DNA of 64,000 bases from Candidatus Thermosaccharophagus tengchongensis (GTDB lineage Bacteria; Armatimonadota; Fervidibacteria; Fervidibacterales; Thermosaccharophagaceae). The stretch is from the NCBI GenBank assembly GCA_032161105.1, contig JAVHTD010000001.1; one strand, written 5' to 3'. Under the pieces are notes generated by a model, which made no database searches, was not told the origin of the DNA, and saw nothing but the letters and a program-made list of their open reading frames with translations. Of this stretch, positions 11,727 to 21,746 are shown piece by piece (within the stretch, counting starts at the first letter, position 1; every line of letters begins with the position of its first letter). Both the position numbers and the translations under genes were made by a program.

Positions 11727-11964
11727 TGTCTGATGGACACGGTTCAAATTCCGTTTGCGCCAATCGCCTTGCAGTGTTGTCACAGCCCCTGCTGTAGCGC
11801 CAGATTGCGCTTCATGTCACACTTCTAATTGAGACCTGTGTTTCCCCATTGCGACGGCATGAGGTTGAGGTGCGCAGTTTTGGCTATGCCACATCTGTTG
11901 CAACAAATCCCGCAAAGCTGTGGCAGGCAGAAGAGCGTCAACACCTTTGACGGAGGTGTTGAAG

Positions 11965-13431
11965 ATGAGCAACGGTGGCTTCACCGGACCGGTTGAAAAG
12001 ATTGACGATTGGCGCTGGCGTGTTCCGAGGCGATATAAGCGTGAGATGCGCACTGACGGAATCCTTTATGCCTCCGAAAGGATGCTCCAAGAAGTGAGGC
12101 GTGACCAATCGCTTGAGCAGCTTGCAAATGTTGCTTGCCTCCCGGGGATAGTCGGTTATTCGCTTGCCATGCCGGACATACACTGGGGTTATGGTTTCCC
12201 GATTGGCGGTGTCGCTGCATTTGACATAGAGGACGGTGTAATCTCGCCCGGCGGGATTGGATATGATATCAACTGTGGCGTAAGGCTTCTTCGGACCAAT
12301 TTGACGAGAAAGGATGTGGAGCCAAGGCTTGAGGAATTGCTCCGCATGATATTTCAGATGGTTCCATGCGGTGTTGGCTCGGAGAGCAAACTGAGGCTCA
12401 GCAGGAGTGAGTTTGAGGAGGTGCTCGTTGAGGGGGCAAGGTGGGCGGTTAAAAAGCGCGGCATGGGATGGGAGGAGGATTTGGAGCGCACGGAAGAGAA
12501 TGGCGCAATTGATGGTGCGGAGCCGAGGTATGTCAGCGCAAGAGCCATTGAGCGTGGCTTGCCGCAAATCGGCACACTCGGTGCCGGTAACCACTTCCTT
12601 GAGGTTCAGGTCGTTGAGGAGATATATCAGCCTGAGATTGCGAGCAAGATGGGCATTGAGCAAGTCGGGCAAGTGACAGTGATGATACATTGTGGCTCAA
12701 GGGGCTTTGGGCATCAGGTGTGCGATGATTACCTTGATGTGATGAGGAACGCCTCGCGCAAATACAACATCTACCTTCCCGACATACAGCTTGCCTGTGC
12801 TCCATTCAAGTCCGATGAGGCACAGCGATACTTTGGGGCGATGAAGTGCGCCGTCAATTACGCATTTGCGAACAGGCAGGCAATTGCGCATTGGGTGAGG
12901 AAGGCATTTGAGAAGGTCTTTGGAAAGAGCGCTGAGGAGCTCGGCATGCACATGATTTACGATGTGGCACACAACATCGCCAAAGTTGAGGAGCACGAAG
13001 TTGACGGACAAAGGAAGCGCCTCGTCGTTCACCGCAAGGGTGCAACGAGGGCATTTCCAGCTGGTCATCCGGATGTGCCGAGCATTTATCGCGACATTGG
13101 ACAACCTGTGCTTGTTCCCGGCGATATGGGCACACGCTCATATTTGCTTGTTGGCACCGAGAGGGCAATGAAGGAGACTTGGGGTTCAACCGCTCACGGT
13201 GCTGGTAGGGTGTTAAGCCGAACAAAAGCCGCAAAGAGCAGGCGTGCGGAGGATATACAACGGGAGCTTGAGAGGCAGGGCATCATCGTTGTTGCGGCAA
13301 GCCGAAAGACGCTCGTTGAGGAGGCGCCGGAGGCTTACAAGGATGTTGACGAAGTGGCGAGGGTTGTTCACGGTGCCGGAATTTCGTTGCGCGTAGCTCG
13401 GATGCGCCCCATCGGTGTAGTTAAAGGCTAA
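11965..13431 (+). CDS. rtcB: RNA ligase RtcB (long archaeal/eukaryote-like form)
   Basis: MPDIHWGYGFPIGG, GYDINCG, GTLGAGNHF, HCGSRG, HN, HRKGAT, PGDMG, HGAGR, EEAPEAYK. Confidence 0.97.
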   Translation: MSNGGFTGPVEKIDDWRWRVPRRYKREMRTDGILYASERMLQEVRRDQSLEQLANVACLPGIVGYSLAMPDIHWGYGFPIGGVAAFDIEDGVISPGGIGYDINCGVRLLRTNLTRKDVEPRLEELLRMIFQMVPCGVGSESKLRLSRSEFEEVLVEGARWAVKKRGMGWEEDLERTEENGAIDGAEPRYVSARAIERGLPQIGTLGAGNHFLEVQVVEEIYQPEIASKMGIEQVGQVTVMIHCGSRGFGHQVCDDYLDVMRNASRKYNIYLPDIQLACAPFKSDEAQRYFGAMKCAVNYAFANRQAIAHWVRKAFEKVFGKSAEELGMHMIYDVAHNIAKVEEHEVDGQRKRLVVHRKGATRAFPAGHPDVPSIYRDIGQPVLVPGDMGTRSYLLVGTERAMKETWGSTAHGAGRVLSRTKAAKSRRAEDIQRELERQGIIVVAASRKTLVEEAPEAYKDVDEVARVVHGAGISLRVARMRPIGVVKG

Positions 13432-13660
13432 CCTGAAGGGTTTAAATCGCCTCTCCGATGAAAGGGCGAGTTTTAAATTAACGGGAGCGGAGTTGGGCGG
13501 GGCAATTCAACTATGGTATGTTCGCCTTGCCTGTGAAAGCCTCTCTTGCCGGAAGCCACCGATGCAATGGAAGGCAGCGTTTGTAACTGGCTGACAAGAT
13601 GGGTGCCTCAAATGGTGGTTCGTAGAGTAATGTGGGCGTTTCCATGCTTGCGGAGTGGCG

Positions 13661-15640
13661 ATGAGTGTGGATAAGGCACATCGCTCAAGCGCGAGGGAAA
13701 GAGACGATGTCGTTAGAGGTGGCGTCACTGCAAGGGCAATTTTGATCGGAGCGGTATTGTCCATCGCCCTGAACTTCATCGCCGTCCGAAATTACATCGT
13801 ATACAATGCCTATTCCGGCTTTGCCGATCACTTCAATACCATCGGCGTTGTGTGGTTGCTTTTTGCTCTGTCACTGCTCAATGTTGTGCTATGTCCACCC
13901 GTTAAGAAGCTTCGCATGCGCCCTGAGGAACTTGTCACAGTGTATGCCATGCTCATGGTCGCCACTGCATATCCGACTATGGGTTTCGGTGGCTACCTCA
14001 TACCACTAATCGGGGGCGTGTTGTATTATGCGAAGCCGGAGAATCGTTGGGATGAACTACTGATACCGAACTTGCCAAAGCATCTCATCCCTCAGGACAA
14101 GTTTGCCGTGAGGTGGCTGTTTGAGGGCGGCGTTTCATCCCCTCCAATCTCAGTTTGGATTACGCCGCTTGCGTGGTGGTCGGCGTTTGCCATTGCATGG
14201 TTCATTTTGAGCGCAAACATTGTCGCCATATTCCGCAGGCAATGGGTTGAGAGGGAAAAGCTCGTTTATCCGCTCGCTCAAGTGCCAGCTCATCTAACCT
14301 TTCTCACCGAGGAGGGACGAAGTGGCTCATTTTATCGGAACAAGTTGATGTGGATCGGGTTTGCCATTTCACTCTGGCTGAGCACGCATAACTATTTGGC
14401 TCAGCGTGTTCCAGTGGTGCCCCCTTTAAAGCTGGCAAACATCGTTCAAGTGCAGCGGCTCGGCATAAGTTTCAATTTCGGCATAGACACGCTCGTCATC
14501 GGTTTGACCTACTTGGTTAACCTTGATGTCGCATTCAGCGTTTGGATGCTCCATCTGCTCACAAGCTTTGAACTCGGTCTGCTCAACTTTATCGGATGGG
14601 GTGTCTCTGGTCCGGCGCAGCCTCATGCAGCTGGTGGTCCTCTGCTTTCAGCGCAACAGTTTGGAGCGATGCTCGCATTGATACTTTGGTCTTTAAAAGT
14701 CGCATTGAGGGAGGCAAACCTCAGGCGGCGCAATTTGACTCATGTTGGAGAATCGGATTTGAACGGACACTCAACTCAAGCGATACCGATGGGCGTTTTC
14801 AAACCGGCTCCATCTTGCCGAGCGGGTAATATCGCTGTTGGCGTGTCAACACTCCTTTCCTTTCTGCTCATCATCCTCTTTTTAGCCCTCAGCGGCATCC
14901 CGATGTGGGCTATCTTCCCCTTCCTCACAGTTGCGATGGCATTATTTTACGGCACAACGAGGCTACTCGTGCAAACCGGGATTGGCAGGCTCAGGGCGCC
15001 ATGTGCCGCAGCTCCGTTGCTCATTGACTTGTTTGGCACATCGCCATTTGGTGTGGTTGGTTTAGTTGCCCTTGGTCTGACCTTCGTTTGGTCTGGTGAC
15101 ATACAGCTGTTTGTCATGGGAACTGCAGCACATGCGCTAAAGCTTGCCGATGACGCTGGATTCAGTTTCGGCGTAACTTTCGCGGTCATGCTGTTATCGT
15201 GTGTCCTGAGCATTCTTACAACGCTTTGGTCGTATCTCTCGCTCGGCTATAGGCATGGTCTCATCAATGGCTATGTGTGGTATTTTGTCAGCTCACCAAA
15301 CTATCACTGGGGTTGGATTGCCGATTGCATCCAAAATCCGCGCCCGCCACAATGGCGAAGGGTTGGCTTCATGGTTGGAGGGGCTGTTTTCGGGAGCGCT
15401 TTGATGGCGTTGCATTCGCGCATCGTTAACTTCCCGTTGCATCCGGTTGGGTTGTGCATATCGCAAATCAACACCGTCTTTTGGGATTGGTTCAGCATGG
15501 CGCTTGCATGGGCTACAAAGCTCATCACTTTGCGCTACGGCGGGTTAAGCGCATACAGGGCTTCCCTGCCGTTCTTCTGGGGCATGATACTTGGAAGCTG
15601 CGTTGGCAGGTCAATTGTCGCGCTATCAGCTCGCCGCTAA
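13661..15640 (+). CDS. Polytopic membrane protein, DUF6785/DUF6784-like (possible transporter)
   Basis: Many hydrophobic segments; ELVTVYAML, RRQWVEREKLVYPL, PLHPVG, LRYGG..YR..PFFWG motifs. Confidence 0.65.
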   Translation: MSVDKAHRSSARERDDVVRGGVTARAILIGAVLSIALNFIAVRNYIVYNAYSGFADHFNTIGVVWLLFALSLLNVVLCPPVKKLRMRPEELVTVYAMLMVATAYPTMGFGGYLIPLIGGVLYYAKPENRWDELLIPNLPKHLIPQDKFAVRWLFEGGVSSPPISVWITPLAWWSAFAIAWFILSANIVAIFRRQWVEREKLVYPLAQVPAHLTFLTEEGRSGSFYRNKLMWIGFAISLWLSTHNYLAQRVPVVPPLKLANIVQVQRLGISFNFGIDTLVIGLTYLVNLDVAFSVWMLHLLTSFELGLLNFIGWGVSGPAQPHAAGGPLLSAQQFGAMLALILWSLKVALREANLRRRNLTHVGESDLNGHSTQAIPMGVFKPAPSCRAGNIAVGVSTLLSFLLIILFLALSGIPMWAIFPFLTVAMALFYGTTRLLVQTGIGRLRAPCAAAPLLIDLFGTSPFGVVGLVALGLTFVWSGDIQLFVMGTAAHALKLADDAGFSFGVTFAVMLLSCVLSILTTLWSYLSLGYRHGLINGYVWYFVSSPNYHWGWIADCIQNPRPPQWRRVGFMVGGAVFGSALMALHSRIVNFPLHPVGLCISQINTVFWDWFSMALAWATKLITLRYGGLSAYRASLPFFWGMILGSCVGRSIVALSARR

Positions 15641-15673
15641 GATGGAATGGGAGTGCTCCCCGAAGGTAAGGCA

Positions 15674-18211
15674 TTAAAGCGCGTCCTTAGGGACAAGCAA
15701 CTCGCACGGATGAGCTGCAAGGTATGGTGGGACATCGTAAAACTCAAAAATGCCGCGCAATGTGCTTATGGCAATGCTCCAAACCTGTCCGTCAGAGCCG
15801 TTTGGGACGAGCACCGAGAGTTCATCGGTCGGCATAAGTTCCCTATCGGCGATGACTTTGTTATCCCCGTCCCTTAGGATGATGCGTGTCTTCGGCCACC
15901 CACCGCCAACGACACCTATGACAAACGACTTTGTTCCCTTCGGCACATAGAAATAAAGTGGCGTGTTAATGCTCGGTGTCCAAAGTTGCATTTGCTTTTT
16001 CCTGTCAGCCCTCACAGAGACACATCGCCCGCCGAAGTTTAGCTCGGCAACATGCCAGTATCCGGTCGGTGGCTCAATGCAATACAAGCCGCTCTTCGGC
16101 AACTTGAGTTTGATGGAGGCAGGTTCATTCGGCTTCTCGCATTTGATGTCGCCCTCACTGATAACCTTTCCGCTCAGCGCCTCAATCAGCTTCCAATGCC
16201 CTAAGATGGTATGTCCCGGCTGAGGCTTTAAACTGACCTCAATCTCCTCGCCGGCTTTCCCGAGGAAGTAATGCGCACCCATTTCAACGAACAGCGGAGA
16301 GCGCTTAACATTTGCGTAAGCTTCCTTTAGCTGCGGCATGCGTTCAACTAAGGGCACAAGTTCATCCGAGTAGCTCTTCCAGCTCAGCTCAACAACCACC
16401 TCGTCCTTAAATTCTTCAAGGTCCAAGCGAACTGACTCTTTCGCCTCATCCAAGGTTGGGATATCGGTCCGCTCATTCCTCCATGTATCAAGCATCTCCT
16501 TTGTCACGCCCTCAATTCGCAACAATGATGACAGGCGCGCATTAAACCACTCGGTGAACAGCATCGGGTAAGTGTGCACGATGCCGAGTTCGTAAATCCG
16601 CCTTGAGAACACAACCCAATCGTGGGCGGCATCAATCACAGCCTTTGGGTCAACGATGAGCTTTCCAAACTCAGTCCTTTGAGATAGGCGATGATAGCGG
16701 TGCCATAGCTTGAGCCAGTGCAAGTATAGTCCGAAGAATGCAATCCGCTCTTGGCATTGCGGCTCATCTTCAAGCGAGAATGCCTCATTGACATCGCGCA
16801 GCGCGAGCGCGAGAGTCCTCTGAGAAAAGCGCTCCCCAACAGCCCATCGTTCAATGAGCCTTCTCATTGGCTTTTCAGCCCTGCCAAATGAGCGCCTGCA
16901 GAAATCGGCGATGAGTTCTTTGGGATCAAGCTCTGGGTTCCACATGAGCTTTGACGCGATGTAGTAACCGACCCCGCATGGCGCCCAGTTGCACTCCGAC
17001 TCGGCATCAAGCGTTGTCAAGCCGAGTTCGTAATACCGCTTGATTGACTGGGCAAGCTCGTAGATTCGGCTTGCCTTTGCCGCCCCGGGCATGTCCCAAC
17101 TCCACGGGTATACGGAGAAGTAATCGTAAACGCCCACTTTAGCTCCGAGCCTCCTAAAGGCTTCAACTTGCTCTTCAAAGCTCAGCTTCGTGTATCGGAA
17201 GCCGGTCGTCACCTGAACATAAACATTTGGCTCAAGCTTAAACTTGGGTGGGTCGCTGTGATAGGCATACGCGTATAGCCCGACAAACTTGTTTGGGAAC
17301 TCCTTCCTCAGCGCCCTCGCAATCGCATTTGCGTAGTGGAAGGTCATCTCGCTCGGATTACCAATTGACCTGCAGTTTTGGCACTCACAATATCCGCCGC
17401 CATCATTTGGCTCGACCGAGACCATGTTGAGCTCGGGGCGCTTTCGGAACGCATTTAATGCATAGTCAATGCCGAGTTGGACGACCTCGGGATTGGTGAT
17501 GCAAATTTGCGCCGGCTTCCTCACGCCGCCAACGAGAGCGAAATACTCCGGATGGTCATTGAACAACCTATGCGGGACGAAGCGCTCATATGCATGTCCG
17601 CAATCAACTTGGAAGTTTCCGTATTGCCTGTTTCGCTCCATCCAAGCCTCGTAGTTTTCCCGCAGCCTCTTTGTAGTTGCACCCCACTCATACCAAATCC
17701 GCCTATAGGCAAACGCCGGCTTCTGGCGTTCGCTCATCTTCAAGGTCACGCTTTTGAGCTTTGGGACAATGGTCCATATCGGATCTGGAAAGAACCAGCG
17801 AAAGCCGATATGCTCAAGCAAGGCATAGACCCCGTGCCTAATGCCGAGTGGTGTGTTGGCGAGCACATATGTCCTTTTCCCGAGGGTGACAACAGCGAAG
17901 CCCTCATCTCCGAGTTCGGCAGTCTTATGCGCTTTGGCAAGGTTCGGGGCATCCGAAGATAGGGAAAGCCAAACCGCATCACCATCATGGGGTGGCTCTT
18001 TAATTGGCACCTCGCATCCCGTGGCTTCCTTCAGCCACATTTGAAGTTTGCTTGCTGCATCCTTAATCACTTCATGTGCCGAACTGGAGATGACGATTGC
18101 CCCGTTGGCTTTGCCATCCGTTATGAGCACAGTCTCGCAACGCCCATATGTGACCAACACATCCAAAAGGCACTTTGCCAACACGAATGCCCTCACAATG
18201 CCACATCGCAT
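15674..18211 (-). CDS. DUF4838-like exported protein (GH67/GH20 N-terminal-like domain; putative carbohydrate-active)
   Basis: LGDEGF, GVYALLEHIGFRWFFP, HPEYFAL, QICITNP, PNDGGGYCEC; ATG 18211 with GGAGGTG RBS. Confidence 0.7.
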   Translation of the reverse strand: MRCGIVRAFVLAKCLLDVLVTYGRCETVLITDGKANGAIVISSSAHEVIKDAASKLQMWLKEATGCEVPIKEPPHDGDAVWLSLSSDAPNLAKAHKTAELGDEGFAVVTLGKRTYVLANTPLGIRHGVYALLEHIGFRWFFPDPIWTIVPKLKSVTLKMSERQKPAFAYRRIWYEWGATTKRLRENYEAWMERNRQYGNFQVDCGHAYERFVPHRLFNDHPEYFALVGGVRKPAQICITNPEVVQLGIDYALNAFRKRPELNMVSVEPNDGGGYCECQNCRSIGNPSEMTFHYANAIARALRKEFPNKFVGLYAYAYHSDPPKFKLEPNVYVQVTTGFRYTKLSFEEQVEAFRRLGAKVGVYDYFSVYPWSWDMPGAAKASRIYELAQSIKRYYELGLTTLDAESECNWAPCGVGYYIASKLMWNPELDPKELIADFCRRSFGRAEKPMRRLIERWAVGERFSQRTLALALRDVNEAFSLEDEPQCQERIAFFGLYLHWLKLWHRYHRLSQRTEFGKLIVDPKAVIDAAHDWVVFSRRIYELGIVHTYPMLFTEWFNARLSSLLRIEGVTKEMLDTWRNERTDIPTLDEAKESVRLDLEEFKDEVVVELSWKSYSDELVPLVERMPQLKEAYANVKRSPLFVEMGAHYFLGKAGEEIEVSLKPQPGHTILGHWKLIEALSGKVISEGDIKCEKPNEPASIKLKLPKSGLYCIEPPTGYWHVAELNFGGRCVSVRADRKKQMQLWTPSINTPLYFYVPKGTKSFVIGVVGGGWPKTRIILRDGDNKVIADRELMPTDELSVLVPNGSDGQVWSIAISTLRGIFEFYDVPPYLAAHPCELLVPKDAL

Positions 18212-18344
18212 GCCGTTCACCTCCAATTCAGAGGGTTGTGTCAAAATTTAACACCGCAGCGCTGCTGTGGGAAGTGATGTTCGCACAGTATGCTGCAGGC
18301 AATGTCCCCAACCATTGGTGTGGTGCTGTGGTGGTAATGCAGCC

Positions 18345-19040
18345 ATGCCTAACGGCATAAGGCGGATGTTCTCCGAAGTCGCACCCAGATACGAGCTCGT
18401 TAACAAGGTGATCACGGTTTGCCTTGACAGCTACTGGCGCCGCCTCGCCGCAAGATTGGCATGCGTTGGCAGTGTAAGCAGGTTGCTTGACCTCTGCAGC
18501 GGGACTGGCAATATGGCGCTTGCTTTAGCCGAAGCAGCCAAGTGCAATCCCACAATTGTCGCCGTTGACTTTTGTCCGCAGATGGCAATTATGGCGGCGT
18601 ATAAGCTGCGCAGTGTTGGCGTGGTTGCCGTTGTCGCCGATGCGAAGGCATTGCCGTTTGCTGATGGGTCATTTGATTCGGTCACCATCTCCTTTGGCGT
18701 TCGCAACATCTTCACAACCAGAGCGGCTTTCATCCAATGCCTCAATGAGGTTAAGCGGACCTTAAAAACTGGCGGCAGGATTGTCCTGCTTGAGACGAGT
18801 CAACCGAAGCTGCGCATCGTAAGGAGGCTGTTCCATTGGTATGTCAGGTTTGTGGTTAGGCGTGTTGGCGGATGGCTTTCTGGCTCAGCGAGAGCTTATC
18901 AATACTTGAGTGAGACAATTCAGCGCTTCACTGATGCTGATGAGTTAAGGGGCATCTTGAGCGATGTCGGCTTTAAGCATCCCATCGTGATCCCGCTCCT
19001 CTTCGGCATCATTGCAATACATGTCGCAGTTAAGGGATAG
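18345..19040 (+). CDS. menG: Ubiquinone/menaquinone biosynthesis methyltransferase UbiE/MenG
   Basis: MFSEVAPRYELVN, LLDLCSGTG, DAKALPFADGSFD, FGVRN, AYQYLSETI. Confidence 0.85.
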   Translation: MPNGIRRMFSEVAPRYELVNKVITVCLDSYWRRLAARLACVGSVSRLLDLCSGTGNMALALAEAAKCNPTIVAVDFCPQMAIMAAYKLRSVGVVAVVADAKALPFADGSFDSVTISFGVRNIFTTRAAFIQCLNEVKRTLKTGGRIVLLETSQPKLRIVRRLFHWYVRFVVRRVGGWLSGSARAYQYLSETIQRFTDADELRGILSDVGFKHPIVIPLLFGIIAIHVAVKG

Positions 19041-19082
19041 CGCACCCATGCAGCATTGCTCATTGTGCTGGGATTTAGCGCT

Positions 19083-19931
19083 TCAATCTTGCTCTGGTGG
19101 CGTTAGCGATTCAACCATCTTTGTGCCCTTGGGTGGCGTGAAGGTGAATTCGCCCTCACCAAACTTTGGATTTGGGACAATGGATACGCACTTGCTGGTG
19201 ATGGTTATCTCAATTGGCGGCAATGGCGATGGCATCGGCAGACGCCTTTTCACCGAGGTCTGCCAAACGAAGCCGTCACGGACGCCGACATGCATGAGCT
19301 GTTCAAGCCCGTCAGTGTATACTATGCGCAGCACATGGCATTTGTGCGGACCGATGTTCTCGGTTTTGAGCAACCCGGTTTCTCTGATTGTGCCCTTCGG
19401 TTCAAACCCGCAAAACAGTGCAGCTGCCATATTCTCCCTGTGGTCTCCTTTTGCGCCAACCGGCTTAAACGCACCCCAAGTTGCAGCCATGTCTTTTGGG
19501 GCGGGTTCAACTTGACATTGCTTCCATTGTTCAACAAATGTCCACATGCGCTTTCCGTCGCTCACTATAAGCATTGATGGTGCGCTTATCCCTTTGATGG
19601 CTATCGTCCCTCTGAGTTTGTTCGGGCGCTCCAAGTCGGCGGTGATTTCTATTGGGACTTTGATGAGCGGCTCAACGCTCACTTGCGCTTTCATGTGCAT
19701 GGCGTTCATTGCCGAGTGCGCATTTAGTGCCATGTTAAGAACTCCTTCTGGGGTTGGGCGGGTCAGCATCAGAAACAGGATCACGGCTATGCCGATTAGG
19801 GACGCTACAGCGGCGAAGAGGACGAAGATGCGAACGCCCTTCCTCCATCCGGCTGTGTGTGAACCTTTGCTACCGCCTTCGCCACCTGCGCTGTGCTCAG
19901 CTGATTCAGCGATGTCATTTGACCTTGACAC
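19083..19931 (-). CDS. Membrane-anchored LolA-like / DUF2092-like protein
   Basis: Single N-terminal TM; ERPNKLR, IVSDGKRMW, C-terminal FTFTPPKGTK. Confidence 0.6.
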   Translation of the reverse strand: MSRSNDIAESAEHSAGGEGGSKGSHTAGWRKGVRIFVLFAAVASLIGIAVILFLMLTRPTPEGVLNMALNAHSAMNAMHMKAQVSVEPLIKVPIEITADLERPNKLRGTIAIKGISAPSMLIVSDGKRMWTFVEQWKQCQVEPAPKDMAATWGAFKPVGAKGDHRENMAAALFCGFEPKGTIRETGLLKTENIGPHKCHVLRIVYTDGLEQLMHVGVRDGFVWQTSVKRRLPMPSPLPPIEITITSKCVSIVPNPKFGEGEFTFTPPKGTKMVESLTPPEQD

Positions 19932-20129
19932 AATTTATCACCCCCATAAAGGTTTGCTTCTGCCCATAGGCGTGGTGCGTGCTGACCAAACCCGAGCGAC
20001 TGTGTGACGCTACAATTTTATCATGGTGGAAAGCCGTTGCCAAGCAGGCCGGCTTAAGGGAGCAATTTGTGTTGATGCGCCACAACGCGTTAAAATGCAA
20101 GTGACAATGAGGGTGGCTGGTGGACTGTT

Positions 20130-20594
20130 ATGCTGAAGGAAAAGTTAATGGAGGATTACAAGGAAGCGCTGAGGCAGCGCGATACTGTGAAAGTGAGCAC
20201 GCTGCGCATGCTGAGGGCGGCAATACACAATGCCGAGATTGATAAGGGTGATGAGCTTCGCGACGAAGAAGTCGTCAAGGTGATTCAATCCGAGGTGCGC
20301 AAGGAGCGTGAAGCGCTTGAAGCTTTTGAGAGGGGTGGCAGGGAGGACTTGGCAGCTGACGCGAGGAGGCGAATTGAAATTCTTGAGAGCTACCTTCCAA
20401 GGATGTTAAGCGAGGACGAAATTAGGGAGGCTGCATTGAAAGTCATTGAGGAGGTTGGCGCGCTTTCACCGAAGGACATGGGAAAAGTGATGAGCAAGCT
20501 AATGCCGCAGCTCAAAGGGCGAGCCGATGGAAGTTTGGTCAGCAGGGTGGTTCGTGAGCTGCTTGAGGCAAAACTTTCAAGCGATGTCAAATGA
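20130..20594 (+). CDS. yqeY: GatB/YqeY domain protein
   Basis: LRMLRAAIHNAEI, GGREDL, YLPRML, KDMGKVM, GRADG. Confidence 0.93.
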   Translation: MLKEKLMEDYKEALRQRDTVKVSTLRMLRAAIHNAEIDKGDELRDEEVVKVIQSEVRKEREALEAFERGGREDLAADARRRIEILESYLPRMLSEDEIREAALKVIEEVGALSPKDMGKVMSKLMPQLKGRADGSLVSRVVRELLEAKLSSDVK

Positions 20595-20624
20595 ATGGGT
20601 GGTTGAGCGCCACCTGATGTATGG

Positions 20625-21746
20625 ATGGATAACCCAGAAACGAGCACCAAGGTAAACAGGCAAGCCGGGCAATGGGTTGCCGTAGGAAGTGAGGCTGTAT
20701 TGGCGCTTGTGCTTGGTGTGAAGGATGAGCATAGGCGCCTGCTTGAAAGTGCTTTTGATGTGAGCATAATAGCGAGGGACAATGTGATTCACATTCACGG
20801 AAAGCAGCCGGATGTTGAGGTAGTGGCGGAATTGCTCAGGCACATGGTGGCTGTAGTTGAATCCGGAGGCAGCATATCTCAGTCCGACATACGCTACCTC
20901 ATCCGCTCGGTGCTCTCCGGGGAAAGAGTTGAAGAGGCTGCGCATGGTCTTACCGACTGCATTGTCATCACCGAGAGGGGTCAAAGGGTAGTCCCAAAGA
21001 CGAAGGGGCAAAGGGAGTATGTTGAAGCTGTCCAGAAGAATGACCTTGTATTTGCGATAGGACCGGCTGGGACTGGGAAGACATACCTTGCGATGGCTAT
21101 GGCAGTTGCAGCATTGCAGCGCCGTCAAGTTAGCAGGCTCGTTTTGGCGAGACCGGCAGTTGAAGCCGGTGAGAGGCTTGGTTACCTCCCGGGCAACATT
21201 GAGGAGAAGGTTGACCCATATCTCCGCCCACTCTACGATGCCCTTTACGACATCCTTGGGATGCAAAAGTGCCAACGCTACCTTGAGAGGCGCATAATTG
21301 AGGTGATACCCCTCGCATACATGCGTGGGCGGACATTCAATGACTCGTTCATAGTGCTTGACGAGGCGCAGAATACAACCGTCCTTCAGATGAAGATGTT
21401 TCTCACGAGGATGGGCTATGGCTCAAAAGCAGTGGTCACTGGTGACATAACGCAGGTTGACTTGCCGCAGGGTGTGCGTTCCGGTTTGGTGACAATACAA
21501 GAGATACTCAGGGGCATTCCCGGTGTGGCTTTCGTTTACCTCACCGAGAGGGATGTAATCCGCCATCCGCTCGTGCAGCGCGTTGTCCTCGCATTTGAAG
21601 CGTGGGAACAGGCGGAGAGGTTGCAAAGGAGGGGCAGCGATAGGGAAACTATAAGCAAGCGCAGCGAAGAGCAGGCGCGCCGACAAGGCAGTGGGGATGA
21701 GGAGGTCCTGCAAGGGCGCAGTGAGGTGAAAGATGGCGGTGGGTAA
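20625..21746 (+). CDS. phoH: PhoH-family ATPase
   Basis: GPAGTGKTYLA, RPAVEAGERLGYLPG, PLAYMRGRT, DEAQN, GDITQVDLP. Confidence 0.96.
   Translation: MDNPETSTKVNRQAGQWVAVGSEAVLALVLGVKDEHRRLLESAFDVSIIARDNVIHIHGKQPDVEVVAELLRHMVAVVESGGSISQSDIRYLIRSVLSGERVEEAAHGLTDCIVITERGQRVVPKTKGQREYVEAVQKNDLVFAIGPAGTGKTYLAMAMAVAALQRRQVSRLVLARPAVEAGERLGYLPGNIEEKVDPYLRPLYDALYDILGMQKCQRYLERRIIEVIPLAYMRGRTFNDSFIVLDEAQNTTVLQMKMFLTRMGYGSKAVVTGDITQVDLPQGVRSGLVTIQEILRGIPGVAFVYLTERDVIRHPLVQRVVLAFEAWEQAERLQRRGSDRETISKRSEEQARRQGSGDEEVLQGRSEVKDGGG

Noticed and set aside
11738..11763. T-arm-like ACGG-TTCAAATT-CCGT…GCCA upstream of rtcB (tRNA-like or Y RNA element?)
   Set aside because: 8-nt loop, only a 4-bp stem, and no acceptor or D arm could be built; needs an Infernal search
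13441..13478. Imperfect hairpin TTTAAATCGCC…GGCGAGTTTTAAA after rtcB as a ribozyme or ncRNA
   Set aside because: No catalytic core motif; most simply a terminator-like stem
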